Counted from the stretch's first letter, positions 19,751 to 30,437 are shown. The stretch: DNA of 64,000 nt from an uncultured Acidimicrobiia bacterium (GCA_963786955.1 CAWBAT010000008.1:160001-224000); one strand, 5' to 3'. Notes: generated by a model not told the origin, from the sequence alone. Translations and numbers: made by a program.

Positions 19751-20956
19751 TTATTGAATGGTGTTGCGTTTTGATTTGGTTGCGGTGCGGTGAGCCAGGA
19801 GGCCGATTAGGGCAATCGTAGAAAAGACGGCTCCTGCCAGAAATGCAGCTGCGGGGCCGTACGCTGTCCAGAGGAAGCCGGCGAGCACACTTGCCAGCAA
19901 GAGGACTCCACCTGTAACAAGATTGAAGACGCCAAAAGCCGTGCCGCGAAGATCGGAGGGCGCCGCTGCGGCAACGAGCGTGGTTAAGAGGCCTTGGGTC
20001 GCGCCCATGTGCAGCCCCCAAAGCATGGAGCCCGCCAGCACCTTCCACACCGTATCGGCGCCTGCGAGGACCAGATCGGCGGCAACCAAAAACCCGATCC
20101 CGAACACAAGGAGGCTTCCTCGGTTTACGTGATCAGACAAGTGGCCGAACGGGTAGGCACTTGCAGCATAGACCACGTTCATGGCAATGAGTACAAGTGG
20201 AACAAGAGCGACTGCAAGGCCGACGTTTTGGGCACGCAACAAGAGGAAGGCCTCACTAAAGCGAGCTAGCGTAAGGATTCCCCCGAATACGACGATCAGC
20301 CAGAATGCGATACCGAGGCGGCCAATTTCCCGACGTTTGAGAGGGAAGCGTCGATGCTCACCATTACTTTTGGTTTCCGGCTCTTGGACTCCGAAGATGA
20401 CAAACGCCACGGCGACTGCCGCCGGCAAAACGGCGATCCATAATACAAAACGAAAATTGTCGGCAGAGTGCCACATCAAGGCCAACGCCAGCGCAGGTCC
20501 AACAAAGGCGCCGATGGTATCCATGGACTGGCGCAAGCCGTAGGCGGCACCGCGCATCGGTTCCGGGGTCAAATCCGCAACCAGCGCATCGCGGGGCGCG
20601 CCGCGTATCCCTTTACCAATGCGGTCGAGAAAGCGAGCGGTGAAGACCGGCACGGCACTGGAAGCGAGGGGAAACAAGGGCTTGGTTAGTGCTGCCAAGC
20701 CATAGCCCAGGAGCACTAAGGGCTTGCGCCTGCCAATCCAGTCGCTGATGACGCCCGCAAAGATTTTCACAACTGCAGCCGTGGATTCGGCGATGCCCTC
20801 GATAATGCCCACCGTCAAGATGTTCAATCCCAGCACGCTGACCATGAAGGCGGGCAGCAAGCTATGGATCATCTCCGAGGAGGTGTCCATGAATAAACTG
20901 ACGAACCCGAGCACGATAACGCCGCGGGGCAAGGTGAGCGTTACGGTGTTGCGCAT
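19751..20956 (-). CDS. MFS transporter
   Basis: GFVSLFMDTSSEM; SDWIGRRKPL; DRIGKGIRGAPRDAL; many hydrophobic segments; start taken at MRNTV. Confidence 0.92.
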   Translation of the reverse strand: MRNTVTLTLPRGVIVLGFVSLFMDTSSEMIHSLLPAFMVSVLGLNILTVGIIEGIAESTAAVVKIFAGVISDWIGRRKPLVLLGYGLAALTKPLFPLASSAVPVFTARFLDRIGKGIRGAPRDALVADLTPEPMRGAAYGLRQSMDTIGAFVGPALALALMWHSADNFRFVLWIAVLPAAVAVAFVIFGVQEPETKSNGEHRRFPLKRREIGRLGIAFWLIVVFGGILTLARFSEAFLLLRAQNVGLAVALVPLVLIAMNVVYAASAYPFGHLSDHVNRGSLLVFGIGFLVAADLVLAGADTVWKVLAGSMLWGLHMGATQGLLTTLVAAAAPSDLRGTAFGVFNLVTGGVLLLASVLAGFLWTAYGPAAAFLAGAVFSTIALIGLLAHRTATKSKRNTIQ

Positions 20957-21144
20957 GGGGTAACTGTGAATCAATAGCGTTCCAGAAACAAGGGACAGTT
21001 CTTTCTGGAAGAAATGAAAGACCGTCCCGGCGGTCTTTAGTGGATGGGCTTCGTTGTTGCGGGGCACGGGTTTTTGGGTGAAGTGGGCGTGAGGAGTGGG
21101 GAGGGATCAGGATTCAGTCATGCTTTCCGAAGCGTGGCGATCTG

Positions 21145-21421
21145 TTATATCAGCATGGTACGGATGGTGTTTTCGTATTCCGGGAAGTAGCGCTGGATCA
21201 CCGGCAATTCGAAGGCGCGGAGGATGCTCGTGTTCTCTTCGCGTTCAAGCTGGAATTCGAACGACTTCTTAACTAGTTTCTCTTCCGAAAAAGTGCTGCC
21301 GGTCATCCTCTGCTAGTTTTCGGGAGCCACGGTCACGACGTGCGTGGTTGTAGTCCGGTAGGAGAGTGTGACCTTGAATATTGTCTCGTCCATCTTTTTT
21401 GATGGTGATGAGCATTGGCAT
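21145..21421 (-). pseudogene. Small conserved hypothetical protein (~90 aa), inactivated
   Basis: MPMLITIKK / DETIFKVTLSYRTTTTHVVTVAPEN*QRMTGSTFSEEKLVKKSFEFQLEREENTSILRAFELPVIQRYFPEYENTIRTMLI; shift at an A6 run and in-frame TAG at 21313-21315. Confidence 0.65.
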
Positions 21422-21586
21422 CTAACCGGTTTGGGGCGCCAAGGCAGTGAGGAGCGGATACACGTATGAACGACTCGGACTTGCTTGAATCGCCGAGCGT
21501 CATTCACAGTAGTCGGCATGCGAGTATTGGTGGATAACTCGTACTTTGTAAGTCTCAGCTAAATTCTGATGCTCTCCTGACTCCAG

Positions 21587-21880
21587 CTACGCCATTTTGG
21601 CGAGGATTTTGCTGACCTCTTCGGCCGAGAAAGCTCGAAGTGTTTGCGTTTGAACATAACCCAACGAGGTTAGGCTTAATGCGAGCGCAGTTGCGGTCGC
21701 TTCGTCCGGAGCTTCAATGATCAATACCCCATCGTATTGGCCCAGAGTCCAATAAACCTCCTTTACCTTGCCACCGGCCTTGTTGGCTACGCTCTTGAAA
21801 GCCTCAGCCCTCTTGGTGGTGTCCTTTGCATTGCGGACTCCTTGATCCGTAAAGGTCAAAAGCAGGACATAAGTTGCCAT
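21587..21880 (-). CDS. GYD-domain protein
   Basis: MATYVLLLTFTDQG..YWTLGQYD..TQTLRAF. Confidence 0.92.
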   Translation of the reverse strand: MATYVLLLTFTDQGVRNAKDTTKRAEAFKSVANKAGGKVKEVYWTLGQYDGVLIIEAPDEATATALALSLTSLGYVQTQTLRAFSAEEVSKILAKMA

Positions 21881-22141
21881 GATCCATCTCCTTTCCCAAC
21901 CGATTGACTCCAATTCCAAAATCATAGCGCCGTCAGGCACATGAGTCGAATTTTTGTTGGCGGCAGCTTTGAAGTCGCGGTGGATTATTTGTTGTCTTGG
22001 TCGCGGAGCGACGTTTGAAAAGGCCGCTGGCGAGCGGCCTGGGGATGAATGCGCTACGGCGTTGCCGAGCGCGAGGATTTTGGGCAAATGGGGAGAAAAA
22101 GATTTTCTAAAACCACTGAATCTCTGCTTTGCAGAGGTTGC

Positions 22142-22231
22142 TGGCGGAGAGAGTGGGATTCGAACCCACGTTAGAGTTTCCCCTAAACACGCTTTCCAAG
22201 CGTGCGCCTTCAGCCACTCGGCCATCTCTCC
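22142..22231 (-). tRNA. tRNA-Ser(GGA)
   Basis: GGAGAGATGGCCGAGTGG..CACGC-TTGGAAA-GCGTG, long variable arm, GGTTCGAATCC, 3' CCA; 90 nt. Confidence 0.97.
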
Positions 22232-22339
22232 TGCGGTTCTGCAGAAAGCCCGTTGATTGTATTGAAAACCGGGGTTGGAGTCCAGTTCCTTCGGGAAGGA
22301 TGGCGCACGGAGGCTAAGCTACAGGGAAGACGAAGAGGC

Positions 22340-22527
22340 CCCCACCTCCCCCTGGCCCCCTCCTTGTGCAAGGAGGGGGGAAAAGATGAAAGCTCCAAGC
22401 TAGGTCGTGGCATGGCTACCACGACCTTTCCCCTCCTCAAAATAAGGAAGGGGAAAAATGAAGTGGTGGGATGGGACTGTGGTGGAGGTTCCCCCCCAGC
22501 CCCTCTCCCGCGATGGGAGAGGGGGGG
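22340..22527. repeat. Three CCCCTCC/CCCTCTCCC-family palindromes
   Basis: ccccctccttgtgcaaggagggggg; ggtcgtggcatggctaccacgacctttcccctcctcaaaataaggaagggg (related copy at about 24661-24712); cccctctcccgcgatgggagagggg. Confidence 0.8.
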
Positions 22528-22642
22528 CCGATAATTCTGAGTTCCGAAGTTAGGCTGGCGTGATTGCTATCTAATTACTGATTTGTCAGAGACACGAAAA
22601 GAGCTCAGCAAAGGGGAAAAGTATACCCTTAACCTGCGAATT

Positions 22643-22720
22643 CAGGTGGAACGAGCGCTCCGCCGCGAGTTCATCCAGCGTGCGCAGGGGGACGGCGGTC
22701 CCACGCGCGCGCTTTACCTG
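22643..22720. repeat. GGTGG-family REP doublet
   Basis: caggtggaacgagcgctcc...gcgcgcgctttacctg; related copies near 9310, 57638 and 61123. Confidence 0.7.
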
Positions 22721-22749
22721 GCGACACTCATACAACCTTGGGAATTGGG

Positions 22750-23073
22750 TTAGTGTTGTACTTGGTTGTCGTGCTTCTGGCGATAGATGTCACGACTGGA
22801 GTGATTTAACTCCCGTTGAATTTTTGCGCGCTCATGTGACGTGAAATTCCCGTCCGATTTGGCTGCCGCTTCATTCCGAGCAATCCGCTGTTGCTCCTTT
22901 TCCAGTCTCACGGTTTCATGCGGGGTGAGCTGGCCGCTCTGAACTCCCTGACCGATTCTCTGTTGCTGGTTCTTCTGGCACTGATTGATGTTCGGCTGGG
23001 CTAACACCACACTCCCGAAGACCAACACGGCTGAAAGGCTTCCTGCCAGGGTTTTCTTGAGTTGTCCGGTCAT
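22750..23073 (-). CDS. Small secreted helical hypothetical protein
   Basis: Signal peptide; NQQQRIGQGVQSGQLTPHE..SRDIYRQKH; GAGGAG RBS. Confidence 0.8.
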   Translation of the reverse strand: MTGQLKKTLAGSLSAVLVFGSVVLAQPNINQCQKNQQQRIGQGVQSGQLTPHETVRLEKEQQRIARNEAAAKSDGNFTSHERAKIQRELNHSSRDIYRQKHDNQVQH

Positions 23074-23254
23074 CGTGTACTCTCCTCTGAAGTCATTTTC
23101 AATTAATCACTCGGCTTCTTAAACACGATTGGCTGGGGAAAGTTGCGTGCAGGTAGAAATTCTTTGTGGGGGATTTTGAACTCGGTATCTGACAGGAGCC
23201 ATGAAACGACCCGCTTCACAGGTGGGAAGTCAACTGGCTTGAGGAAAGAAGCAG

Positions 23255-24361
23255 CTACTCATAGGCCAACGCCTCGAGCGGATCTTTCCTGGCGGCACGT
23301 ATGGCAGGGTAGATCGACCCGGAAATTCCGCTGAAGAGGACCAGCGCAGAAGCGATGAGGATCCAGCGGAAAGTGATGAGGACCATCTGCGTAGGAATAA
23401 ACTTTTCGATGATTATCTTTCCTGCAAACATCAGGACAACCCCTAGCACCATGCCGAAGATACTCAGTGCGACCGATTCTCTCAGGATGAGGCTGACAAT
23501 ATAGATCTTTGATGCCCCTAATGATTTTAGAATCCCTATTTCCCGGGTTCGTTCACTGATGGTGGTGTACATGGAAAGGAAAATCGCAAATGATCCGATG
23601 ATCACAGCAATGCCGACCACCACTTTGATGAATGCGTTCAGTCCAGTGGGAGAATTGTTGGTCAATAGCGAAATGAATTCCTGGCTGGAATTGACCAGGT
23701 ATTCCGGAAGAGTGGCTTGGACCTGAGCGATAGCAGAATCGATTTGACCCGGGTTGTTACATTTGATCAAAGCCATTGACGCTTGTCCGGTCCAGCCAGT
23801 TAAGGTCTGGAGGGTCTCGATGGGGATGAAGATTCGAGCCCCTTTGCCGTGCCGGACGATGCCGCAAACTTTAAAGTTCTTCCCCCTGAGTTCCTGCCCA
23901 TCTCCCACTTTGAGCCGCTTCGACTGCGCATAAAGATCGTCAATGATGATTTCATCGGTTAGAGGGCCACTGAACGCCCCCCCCGACAGGTACGTGAGGC
24001 CTTCGGACACCACAGCATAGCTTGGGTAATCGATTCCGTAGATGTTCACCCATCCTGCCGATGTGTCTAATTGCATGAGAACTGGAGTGACCGCTTTGAT
24101 CTGTTCGATGGACTTGAGTTTTTCAAGGACCGCGACGGGCATGCGAACGCTTCCGGCAGAAAGAATCAGAGAAGAATTGGGCGGGCGCAAGAAGATATCG
24201 GCGCCAATCCCTTTTTGGCGTTCGGCAGTCTCTACAATCATACCCTCGCAGATTCCGACGACCATCAGAATGAGCACCACTTCCAGGCTGATCGCCAAAA
24301 CGCTTACCAGCGTCCGGACAGGCCGATGAAGTACATTGGCCAAAACGTATCGATTCCTCAT
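23255..24361 (-). CDS. ABC transporter permease (MacB/FtsX family)
   Basis: ERTREIGILKSLGA; PAIRAARKDPLEALAYE. Confidence 0.92.
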   Translation of the reverse strand: MRNRYVLANVLHRPVRTLVSVLAISLEVVLILMVVGICEGMIVETAERQKGIGADIFLRPPNSSLILSAGSVRMPVAVLEKLKSIEQIKAVTPVLMQLDTSAGWVNIYGIDYPSYAVVSEGLTYLSGGAFSGPLTDEIIIDDLYAQSKRLKVGDGQELRGKNFKVCGIVRHGKGARIFIPIETLQTLTGWTGQASMALIKCNNPGQIDSAIAQVQATLPEYLVNSSQEFISLLTNNSPTGLNAFIKVVVGIAVIIGSFAIFLSMYTTISERTREIGILKSLGASKIYIVSLILRESVALSIFGMVLGVVLMFAGKIIIEKFIPTQMVLITFRWILIASALVLFSGISGSIYPAIRAARKDPLEALAYE

Positions 24362-24649
24362 GAATCCCTTTTTCCCTTTAGTCTATGGCTCGGGCAGAGA
24401 GGTCTCAGGCATCCAAGCCATCTCCCGCTTCACTCGCGACGGTGATATTACCATGCCAGGCAGCATTTATCTTGTAAGAGATTGAAGTGCCGCTCAAGAC
24501 GCTTGCGGAGTCGTTTCTTTCGTGGCTTAATTCGATCGAGCGGAGGGAGGTTGTAGCCGCTGGGAGCGAGTGCATCTTGCCCGCTTTTCGTCACAAACGA
24601 ATCCACCGCGTCACTTCCTCATTGTGTAGGGAGGAGAGATTAGGCAAAA

Positions 24650-24795
24650 GCACCACCCCTGGTCGTGGCCATTCGGCCGCGACCTTTCCCCTCCTTAACG
24701 TAAGGAGGGAGGCTACAAGTCCCTTCCCCCCGGCCCCTCGTTGGGGGAGGGGAGAGTAAACCCTATTTTAACCCTCATCTCTTTAAGAGGGATCT
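24650..24795. repeat. CCCCTCC-family palindrome cluster
   Basis: ttcccctccttaacgtaaggagggag; ccccccggcccctcgttggggagggg. Confidence 0.7.
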
Positions 24796-24817
24796 TCCTC
24801 CAGAAACCTGAAGCCAA

Positions 24818-25558
24818 ATGATTAAGAGAGAATACATCATGACGATGACCCGCAGCACTCATTCACTTGCCAAAACTATTGACCATTCCTTGCTTCATCC
24901 GACTTTGACTGATCAGGGGATACGCGAAGGTTGCGAGTTAGCCAAGCAATACGACGTCGCAACCGTTTGTGTGAAGCCGTATTCGATCGCGCAAGCAAAG
25001 TCGTTTCTCGCCGGCACTCGAGTCGGGGTCTGTGCCGTTATTGCTTTTCCACACGGGAACGGCACGACTTCCAACAAAGTCAAAGAAGCCGAAGAGGCGG
25101 TTCAGTTGGGGGCAACTGAAATCGATATGGTGGTGAACGTGGGGAAAGTGCTGGGCGGGGATTGGGACTATGTTTCTACAGAAATCAAAGTCATTAATGA
25201 TTGTGTCGTCGGCAAAAACGCGCTCCTCAAGGTGATATTCGAAAACGACTTCCTTGAAGACGCACAGATCATTAAACTGTGCGAAATCTGTAGCAGCCAC
25301 CGGGCTGCCTTTGTGAAAACTTCAACGGGCTACGGGTTCGTCCGGCGAGACGACGGAACTTATTCCTACAATGGGGCAACCGACCACCATCTCAAATTGA
25401 TGCGCACGCATTGTCAGGAGTCGGTGCAAATTAAAGCAGCCGGAGGGATCCGAACTCTGGATGACCTGCTGCGAGTTCTGAAATTGGGAGCGACTCGGAT
25501 TGGGGCAAGCGCAACCCAAAGTATTCTCGAAGAAGCCAAACGGCGTGGGATACAGTGA
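24818..25558 (+). CDS. deoC: Deoxyribose-phosphate aldolase
   Basis: IDHSLL; GATEIDMV; FVKTSTG; IKAAGGIR. Confidence 0.95.
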   Translation: MIKREYIMTMTRSTHSLAKTIDHSLLHPTLTDQGIREGCELAKQYDVATVCVKPYSIAQAKSFLAGTRVGVCAVIAFPHGNGTTSNKVKEAEEAVQLGATEIDMVVNVGKVLGGDWDYVSTEIKVINDCVVGKNALLKVIFENDFLEDAQIIKLCEICSSHRAAFVKTSTGYGFVRRDDGTYSYNGATDHHLKLMRTHCQESVQIKAAGGIRTLDDLLRVLKLGATRIGASATQSILEEAKRRGIQ

Positions 25559-25720
25559 GTGAGCCGATGGACAGGGTAAGAAAAGCTGCGGCAGAGTCGG
25601 ATATTGTTGTAGAGGTCCCAACCACTTTGCACGCCACGACCTTGATTGTGGAGGACACTTTCAGCGGTTGGTAGTTGGGTGGTATCATGACGCTGATCGC
25701 AATGTTCAGGAGGTGCGAGA

Positions 25721-26728
25721 ATGACGGGACGAGAACGCGTGATTGCGATGTTAGAGGGCAAGGCAGTGGATCATCTCCCCTTAATGCCGATTACCATGAT
25801 GTTTGCGGCGGATCAACTAGGGGTGAAGTATGGGAACTACGCCCGGGACCATCGGGTGATGGTTGATGCCCAGCTCAAAACGGCCGCAGAATTTGGTTTT
25901 GATTATGTTTCTACAATTTCCGATCCGGCTCGGGAGGCCGCCGATTATGGTGCAAACGTAGAATGGTACGAGGATCAACCGCCTGCCCTGATCGAAAGTG
26001 AAGCGCTTCTTTCTGAGAAAAGCCAATTAAGGCGTCTCCAACCACTCAATCCGCGGGGAGGCGGGCGAATGCATGATCGGATCCAAGGAATTGAGCTATT
26101 CCGGAAACGGATCGGGCTCGAAAAATTTGTGGAAGGCTGGGTGGAAGGTCCGTGTGCTGAGGCTTCCGATTTGCGGGGAATCAATCGCTTGATGGTCGAT
26201 TTCTACGACGATCCTTCTTTTGTTCGCGACCTCTTTGAATTCCTGGTGGAAAACGCAATCTCCTGCGCAAAAGAGCAGATTGAGGCAGGCGCTGACATCA
26301 TTGGTGTTGGTGACGCTGCCGCCTCTTTAGTGGGACCCAAAATCTATGAAAAGTTCGTATGGACCTTTGAAAAAAAACTAGTGGACGGTATCCATGCGGC
26401 TGGCGGGCGGGTCCGCCTGCACATCTGCGGAAATACTCGCAAAATTCTCGACGGGATTGGCAATCTGGGTTGCGACATCGTGGATCTGGATTTCCTTGTG
26501 CCTGTCCGGGAGGCCCGTGAACAGATGGGTCCACGACAAGTCTTGTTAGGGAACATCGATCCCGTCAGGGTGCTGCGAAACTGCGATCCCGAGAGTGTCA
26601 CGTCAGCGATTGCGGAATGCCATCAGCAAGCGGGTAGCCGTTATATCGTGAGTGCGGGATGTGAGGTTGTAAGAGACACACCTCATGAGAATGTTCGGGC
26701 GCTGGCGAATTATGCTGTTTCCCATTGA
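25721..26728 (+). CDS. Uroporphyrinogen decarboxylase-family protein (MtaA/CmuA-like)
   Basis: MTGRERV; LHICG; GNIDP; SAGCEV. Confidence 0.88.
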   Translation: MTGRERVIAMLEGKAVDHLPLMPITMMFAADQLGVKYGNYARDHRVMVDAQLKTAAEFGFDYVSTISDPAREAADYGANVEWYEDQPPALIESEALLSEKSQLRRLQPLNPRGGGRMHDRIQGIELFRKRIGLEKFVEGWVEGPCAEASDLRGINRLMVDFYDDPSFVRDLFEFLVENAISCAKEQIEAGADIIGVGDAAASLVGPKIYEKFVWTFEKKLVDGIHAAGGRVRLHICGNTRKILDGIGNLGCDIVDLDFLVPVREAREQMGPRQVLLGNIDPVRVLRNCDPESVTSAIAECHQQAGSRYIVSAGCEVVRDTPHENVRALANYAVSH

Positions 26729-26765
26729 ATTTCCGCGGGTGTCCGGGACTGCTGCACGAATTCCG

Positions 26766-27107
26766 CTAGTTATCCTTTTTGACGGGTGCGTAAATTGGAG
26801 TCGGCATTGCAGTGATTTTCCCTCCCGTTTCCGGCATCGGGAGAATCTTGCTGGTTCCCCGTTTTTCTACCTCATCCACTCGGACCACGGCATGCATCGG
26901 AATGAAAGTCCGCTCCACGCCTGAAAACTCTCTCTGGAGGGCCTCTTCCGAAGGGTCCACCACGACGGACAGCTTTTCTCCAAAAAGAAGCCCTTCGACT
27001 TCAATGAAGCCGAATAATCCCCCCTGGGATACACTTCTGGCGTAGACCTCGTAGACCTTGCCCTGGTTATAGAAAATAACTTTGTAGATTTGTTTTTTTG
27101 GAGGCAT
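26766..27107 (-). CDS. DUF1820 family protein
   Basis: YKVIFYNQGKVYEVYA..VVDPSEE..IPMHAVVRVDEVEK. Confidence 0.85.
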   Translation of the reverse strand: MPPKKQIYKVIFYNQGKVYEVYARSVSQGGLFGFIEVEGLLFGEKLSVVVDPSEEALQREFSGVERTFIPMHAVVRVDEVEKRGTSKILPMPETGGKITAMPTPIYAPVKKDN

Positions 27108-27404
27108 TGATTCTATTCACTAAATTAAATGAAACCATTGAGAAAAAGTGCCACCGAAATCACCCGAGCGTGAATGTGGCCTGCTGGCGTGGGCAAAGCT
27201 AGAGCAAAGATATCCCGGAATCAGTCTTCCCTTGTTCATATGTTCATACATGAATTGCTCGACCGATTCGTGTCCCAGCAGGTTGGGTGGGTGGGATTCG
27301 ATCGGGCGGACCAGCCAACGATGAGATGACACAAATTGCAACCGTATATTAAACTGTTAGAATCAATCTGTCTTTTGAAATGTTTTTTCCAGGAAGGGTG
27401 AGCC

Positions 27405-28532
27405 ATGGCAGAAAATGTGTTTGAACGGCTTGAGAGTCTTTTGTCGAGGCGGAATCCTGAATCCGTCTTTGAATTCCTGGAAGGACAGTTTCGCGAGGAG
27501 AAGAGATATCCCCATTTATTCGAGACTTTGCTGATGCGAAAACGGTGCGAAATGGGATTGCCACTGATTCAAACGGGACCGCTGGATCTCCAGGATCCAC
27601 AGCGCAAGGACTATGAAGAGAGCTTCATCCGTGCCGCTCGAGAAGTTGGGGCACTGTATCTGGCTGACGGGAATGTACCCCGGGCCTGGCCGTATTTTCG
27701 GGCGATCGGGGAGACGGCTCCAGTGGCTGCCGCCATCGAGCGAATCGAGGAGATCGAAGATATTGGGCCGATCGTCGAAATTGCTTTTTACGAGAAGGTC
27801 CATCCCGTGAAGGGTTTCGAGCTTATTTTGAACCAGTACGGGAGTTGCCGGGCGATCAGTAGCCTGATGCAATACCCGGGCGTGGAGGGTCGTGAAGAGT
27901 GCCTGGTCATTCTGGTCCGCCGGTTGGAGTCCGAGTTGTTTGAAAATTTGAAACGCACCATCGAACAGGTGGAGGGGAAGACACCTGAAGCGCAGAGCGT
28001 GTCTCAACTCGTTGGCGGGCGTGAATGGCTGTTTGAGAATCATGCGTATTATATCGACACCTCCCATATCCAATCCGTTCTGCAAATGAGTATTGACTCC
28101 AAGAACGATGTCACTCACCGGCGGGCGCTTGAGCTGGCCGAATACGCAACGCATTTGTCGTCTATGTATCAATACGCGGGGCAGCCGCCATTTGAGGGTT
28201 TTGGGGATTATGCCGTCTATTTTCGCACTTTGCTGGGAATCTCGGCGGAAGAAGGCGTTCGGTACTTCAATAATAAATTGGAGGCGACCGATTTCGAACA
28301 GGTGGGGAGTGGTCCGGCTCAACTCGTGGTGAATCTGCTGGTCAGGCTCGGGCGTCAGCAGGAGGCCCTGGATGTATTTCTAAAATATCTGCGGAAGACC
28401 GATCCTACTCAGCTGAACTGTCCTAATGCCGTTCAATTGTGTCAGATGGCTAGCGCCTATGATCGGTTAAAGGAAGTCTCCTTGCAAGACAACGATTTGC
28501 TGAGCTTTGCGGCCGCTTCGTTGCAAGCCTGA
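27405..28532 (+). CDS. Conserved hypothetical helical protein
   Basis: 375-aa ORF with an upstream purine-rich RBS; no function recognised. Confidence 0.75.
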   Translation: MAENVFERLESLLSRRNPESVFEFLEGQFREEKRYPHLFETLLMRKRCEMGLPLIQTGPLDLQDPQRKDYEESFIRAAREVGALYLADGNVPRAWPYFRAIGETAPVAAAIERIEEIEDIGPIVEIAFYEKVHPVKGFELILNQYGSCRAISSLMQYPGVEGREECLVILVRRLESELFENLKRTIEQVEGKTPEAQSVSQLVGGREWLFENHAYYIDTSHIQSVLQMSIDSKNDVTHRRALELAEYATHLSSMYQYAGQPPFEGFGDYAVYFRTLLGISAEEGVRYFNNKLEATDFEQVGSGPAQLVVNLLVRLGRQQEALDVFLKYLRKTDPTQLNCPNAVQLCQMASAYDRLKEVSLQDNDLLSFAAASLQA

Positions 28533-28578
28533 ACGGGCCGGCATCACCCTGATTCTTCTAATAAGCGGTAGAATAAGG

Positions 28579-28608
28579 TTGACAGACTTTGTACCGCCTC
28601 CCTATAAT
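28579..28608 (+). promoter_or_regulatory. Sigma70-type promoter of rplU-rpmA
   Basis: TTGACA-N18-TATAAT. Confidence 0.75.
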
Positions 28609-28641
28609 TTCGGTTTCTTTGTGTTGGGAGGGAAAGTTCTT

Positions 28642-28956
28642 ATGCATGCAGTGATTAAGTCCGGCGGAAAACAATACAAGGTTTCACCTGGCGATGTAGT
28701 TCGTCTCGAACGGCTGGAAAAAGAGCTCGGAGCTGTTGTCGAATTTGATCAGGTTCTCTTGATCAGTGACGGGAGCAAAGCCACGGTAGGCAATCCTTTG
28801 ATTGCAAATGCTCAGGTCTTGGGCACCGTTGTGGAAGAAGCCAAGGCAAAGAAGGTCATTATCTTCAAATTCAAGCGCAAGAAACAGTATAAGGTGACAC
28901 GAGGTCATCGCCAACCGTACACCGCCGTACAAATTAATGATATCAAACTAAGTTAA
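28642..28956 (+). CDS. rplU: 50S ribosomal protein L21
   Basis: MHAVIKSGGKQYKV..GHRQPYT. Confidence 0.97.
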   Translation: MHAVIKSGGKQYKVSPGDVVRLERLEKELGAVVEFDQVLLISDGSKATVGNPLIANAQVLGTVVEEAKAKKVIIFKFKRKKQYKVTRGHRQPYTAVQINDIKLS

Positions 28957-28974
28957 TTTTGCTGGGAGATCGAG

Positions 28975-29235
28975 ATGGCACACAAGAAGGGTGTCGGTAG
29001 TTCCAGAAATGGTCGCGATTCTAACGCGCAGCGTCTTGGCGTGAAACGGTTCGGCGGCCAGTGGGTGTCTGGAGGGTCCATTTTGGTAAGGCAGCGCGGG
29101 ACCCGCTTTAAGCCGGGTCTCAATGTAGGAATCGGCAAAGATGATACGCTCTTTGCCAAGGTTTCTGGTGTCGTTCAGTTTCAGGATAAGGGCCTGAATG
29201 GGAGGTTTGTGAGCATCACGCCTTCCGTTAATTAA
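28975..29235 (+). CDS. rpmA: 50S ribosomal protein L27
   Basis: [16 protein letters not shown]. Confidence 0.98.
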   Translation: MAHKKGVGSSRNGRDSNAQRLGVKRFGGQWVSGGSILVRQRGTRFKPGLNVGIGKDDTLFAKVSGVVQFQDKGLNGRFVSITPSVN

Positions 29236-29331
29236 TCTGTATTCCGATCCAACTCAATTGAGTCTTTGCTTCCAAGATCCCCTGTTCTATTGGATAAGAT
29301 TCCTTAGGCAGGGGATTTGTTTTTTTGTCAC

Positions 29332-30336
29332 ATGTTTTTAGATCAAACAAAAATTAGCATCAAAGCCGGTGATGGTGGTTCCGGATGCATGGCCTTTCGC
29401 CGGGAAAAATATGTTCCCCGGGGAGGTCCCAGCGGTGGCGATGGGGGGAGAGGTGGACACGTGTACCTCGAATCGACCCTCCGGCATAATACACTCATCC
29501 AATTTCGATATAAGCACATTTTTGAGGCAGAGCGGGGCGAACATGGCATGGGGAGCAATTGCCACGGCCGCGACGGGGAGGATTTGATCCTCCAGGTTCC
29601 TGTCGGGACCATGGTCTTTGACCAGGATCGACAGGAAATGGTCCACGATTTTTCTCAACCCGATGAGCGTATCTTGTTCTGCGTGGGCGGTCGCGGAGGG
29701 AGAGGGAATGCCCAGTTTGCGACGTCCACGAATCGAGCGCCTCGACGCTGGGAAACGGGCTTCCCCGGAGAATCACTAAATCTCCGCCTCGAGTTGAAAC
29801 TTCTGGCGGATGTCGGCCTGGTCGGTTTCCCTAACGTCGGCAAATCAACCCTGATATCCCGAATCTCAGCGGCCCGGCCCAAAATTGGAGATTATCCCTT
29901 TACAACCTTACAGCCGAACCTGGGAGTTGTGGAGCTGGAAGATTTTAAGAGCTTTGTCGTTGCCGATATGCCCGGGTTAATTGAAGGCGCTCATCTGGGC
30001 CATGGCCTGGGGCTACAGTTTCTGAAACATATCGAAAGAACCAAGCTGCTGGTCCATCTGGTGGACCTCTCGGACCAGCACGGGCGGGATCCGGTGGATG
30101 ATTTTGAGACGGTAAACCGGGAGTTAAATGAATTTAATGACATGATGTTAAAGAAACCCATGCTGCTGGTTGGGTCCAAACTGGATGCCATGGATGATCC
30201 AAAGCGCCTGGAAAAGTTGAAACTGCTTGCAAAAAGCAAGGGGCTTGAATTTCAATCCATCTCAGCAGCTACTGGAGTGGGTATTCAGGATCTGAAAAAC
30301 AAAGTGGCGCAGTTATTGGAACGAATTGAGCATTAA
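29332..30336 (+). CDS. obgE: GTPase ObgE
   Basis: [12 protein letters not shown]; GFPNVGKS; DMPG. Confidence 0.97.
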   Translation: MFLDQTKISIKAGDGGSGCMAFRREKYVPRGGPSGGDGGRGGHVYLESTLRHNTLIQFRYKHIFEAERGEHGMGSNCHGRDGEDLILQVPVGTMVFDQDRQEMVHDFSQPDERILFCVGGRGGRGNAQFATSTNRAPRRWETGFPGESLNLRLELKLLADVGLVGFPNVGKSTLISRISAARPKIGDYPFTTLQPNLGVVELEDFKSFVVADMPGLIEGAHLGHGLGLQFLKHIERTKLLVHLVDLSDQHGRDPVDDFETVNRELNEFNDMMLKKPMLLVGSKLDAMDDPKRLEKLKLLAKSKGLEFQSISAATGVGIQDLKNKVAQLLERIEH

Positions 30337-30364
30337 GGAACCAACATGAAAAGTTAGAATGATA

Positions 30365-30425
30365 CCTCTCTCCCCAACGCGGGAGAGGGTTGGGGGAGGA
30401 CGGCGGTCATAGACCGCCGCTACAG
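30365..30425. repeat. CCCTCTCCC palindrome plus GTAG-GCGGCGGTC-family REP
   Basis: cctctctccccaacgcgggagaggg; cggcggtcatagaccgccgctaca (related copy at about 17356-17377). Confidence 0.75.
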
Positions 30426-30437
30426 GAACACTTCAGG

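Noticed and set aside
21950-21995. IIHRDFKAAAN kinase-like peptide
   Set aside because: Too short, with no other kinase subdomains; chance or an unprovable remnant.
21881-22225. Long N-terminal extension of the GYD ORF
   Set aside because: It reads through the tRNA-Ser gene; the real start is 21880, which has an RBS.
27516-28322. 268-aa minus-strand ORF and similar long antisense ORFs
   Set aside because: They are fully nested opposite better-supported genes.
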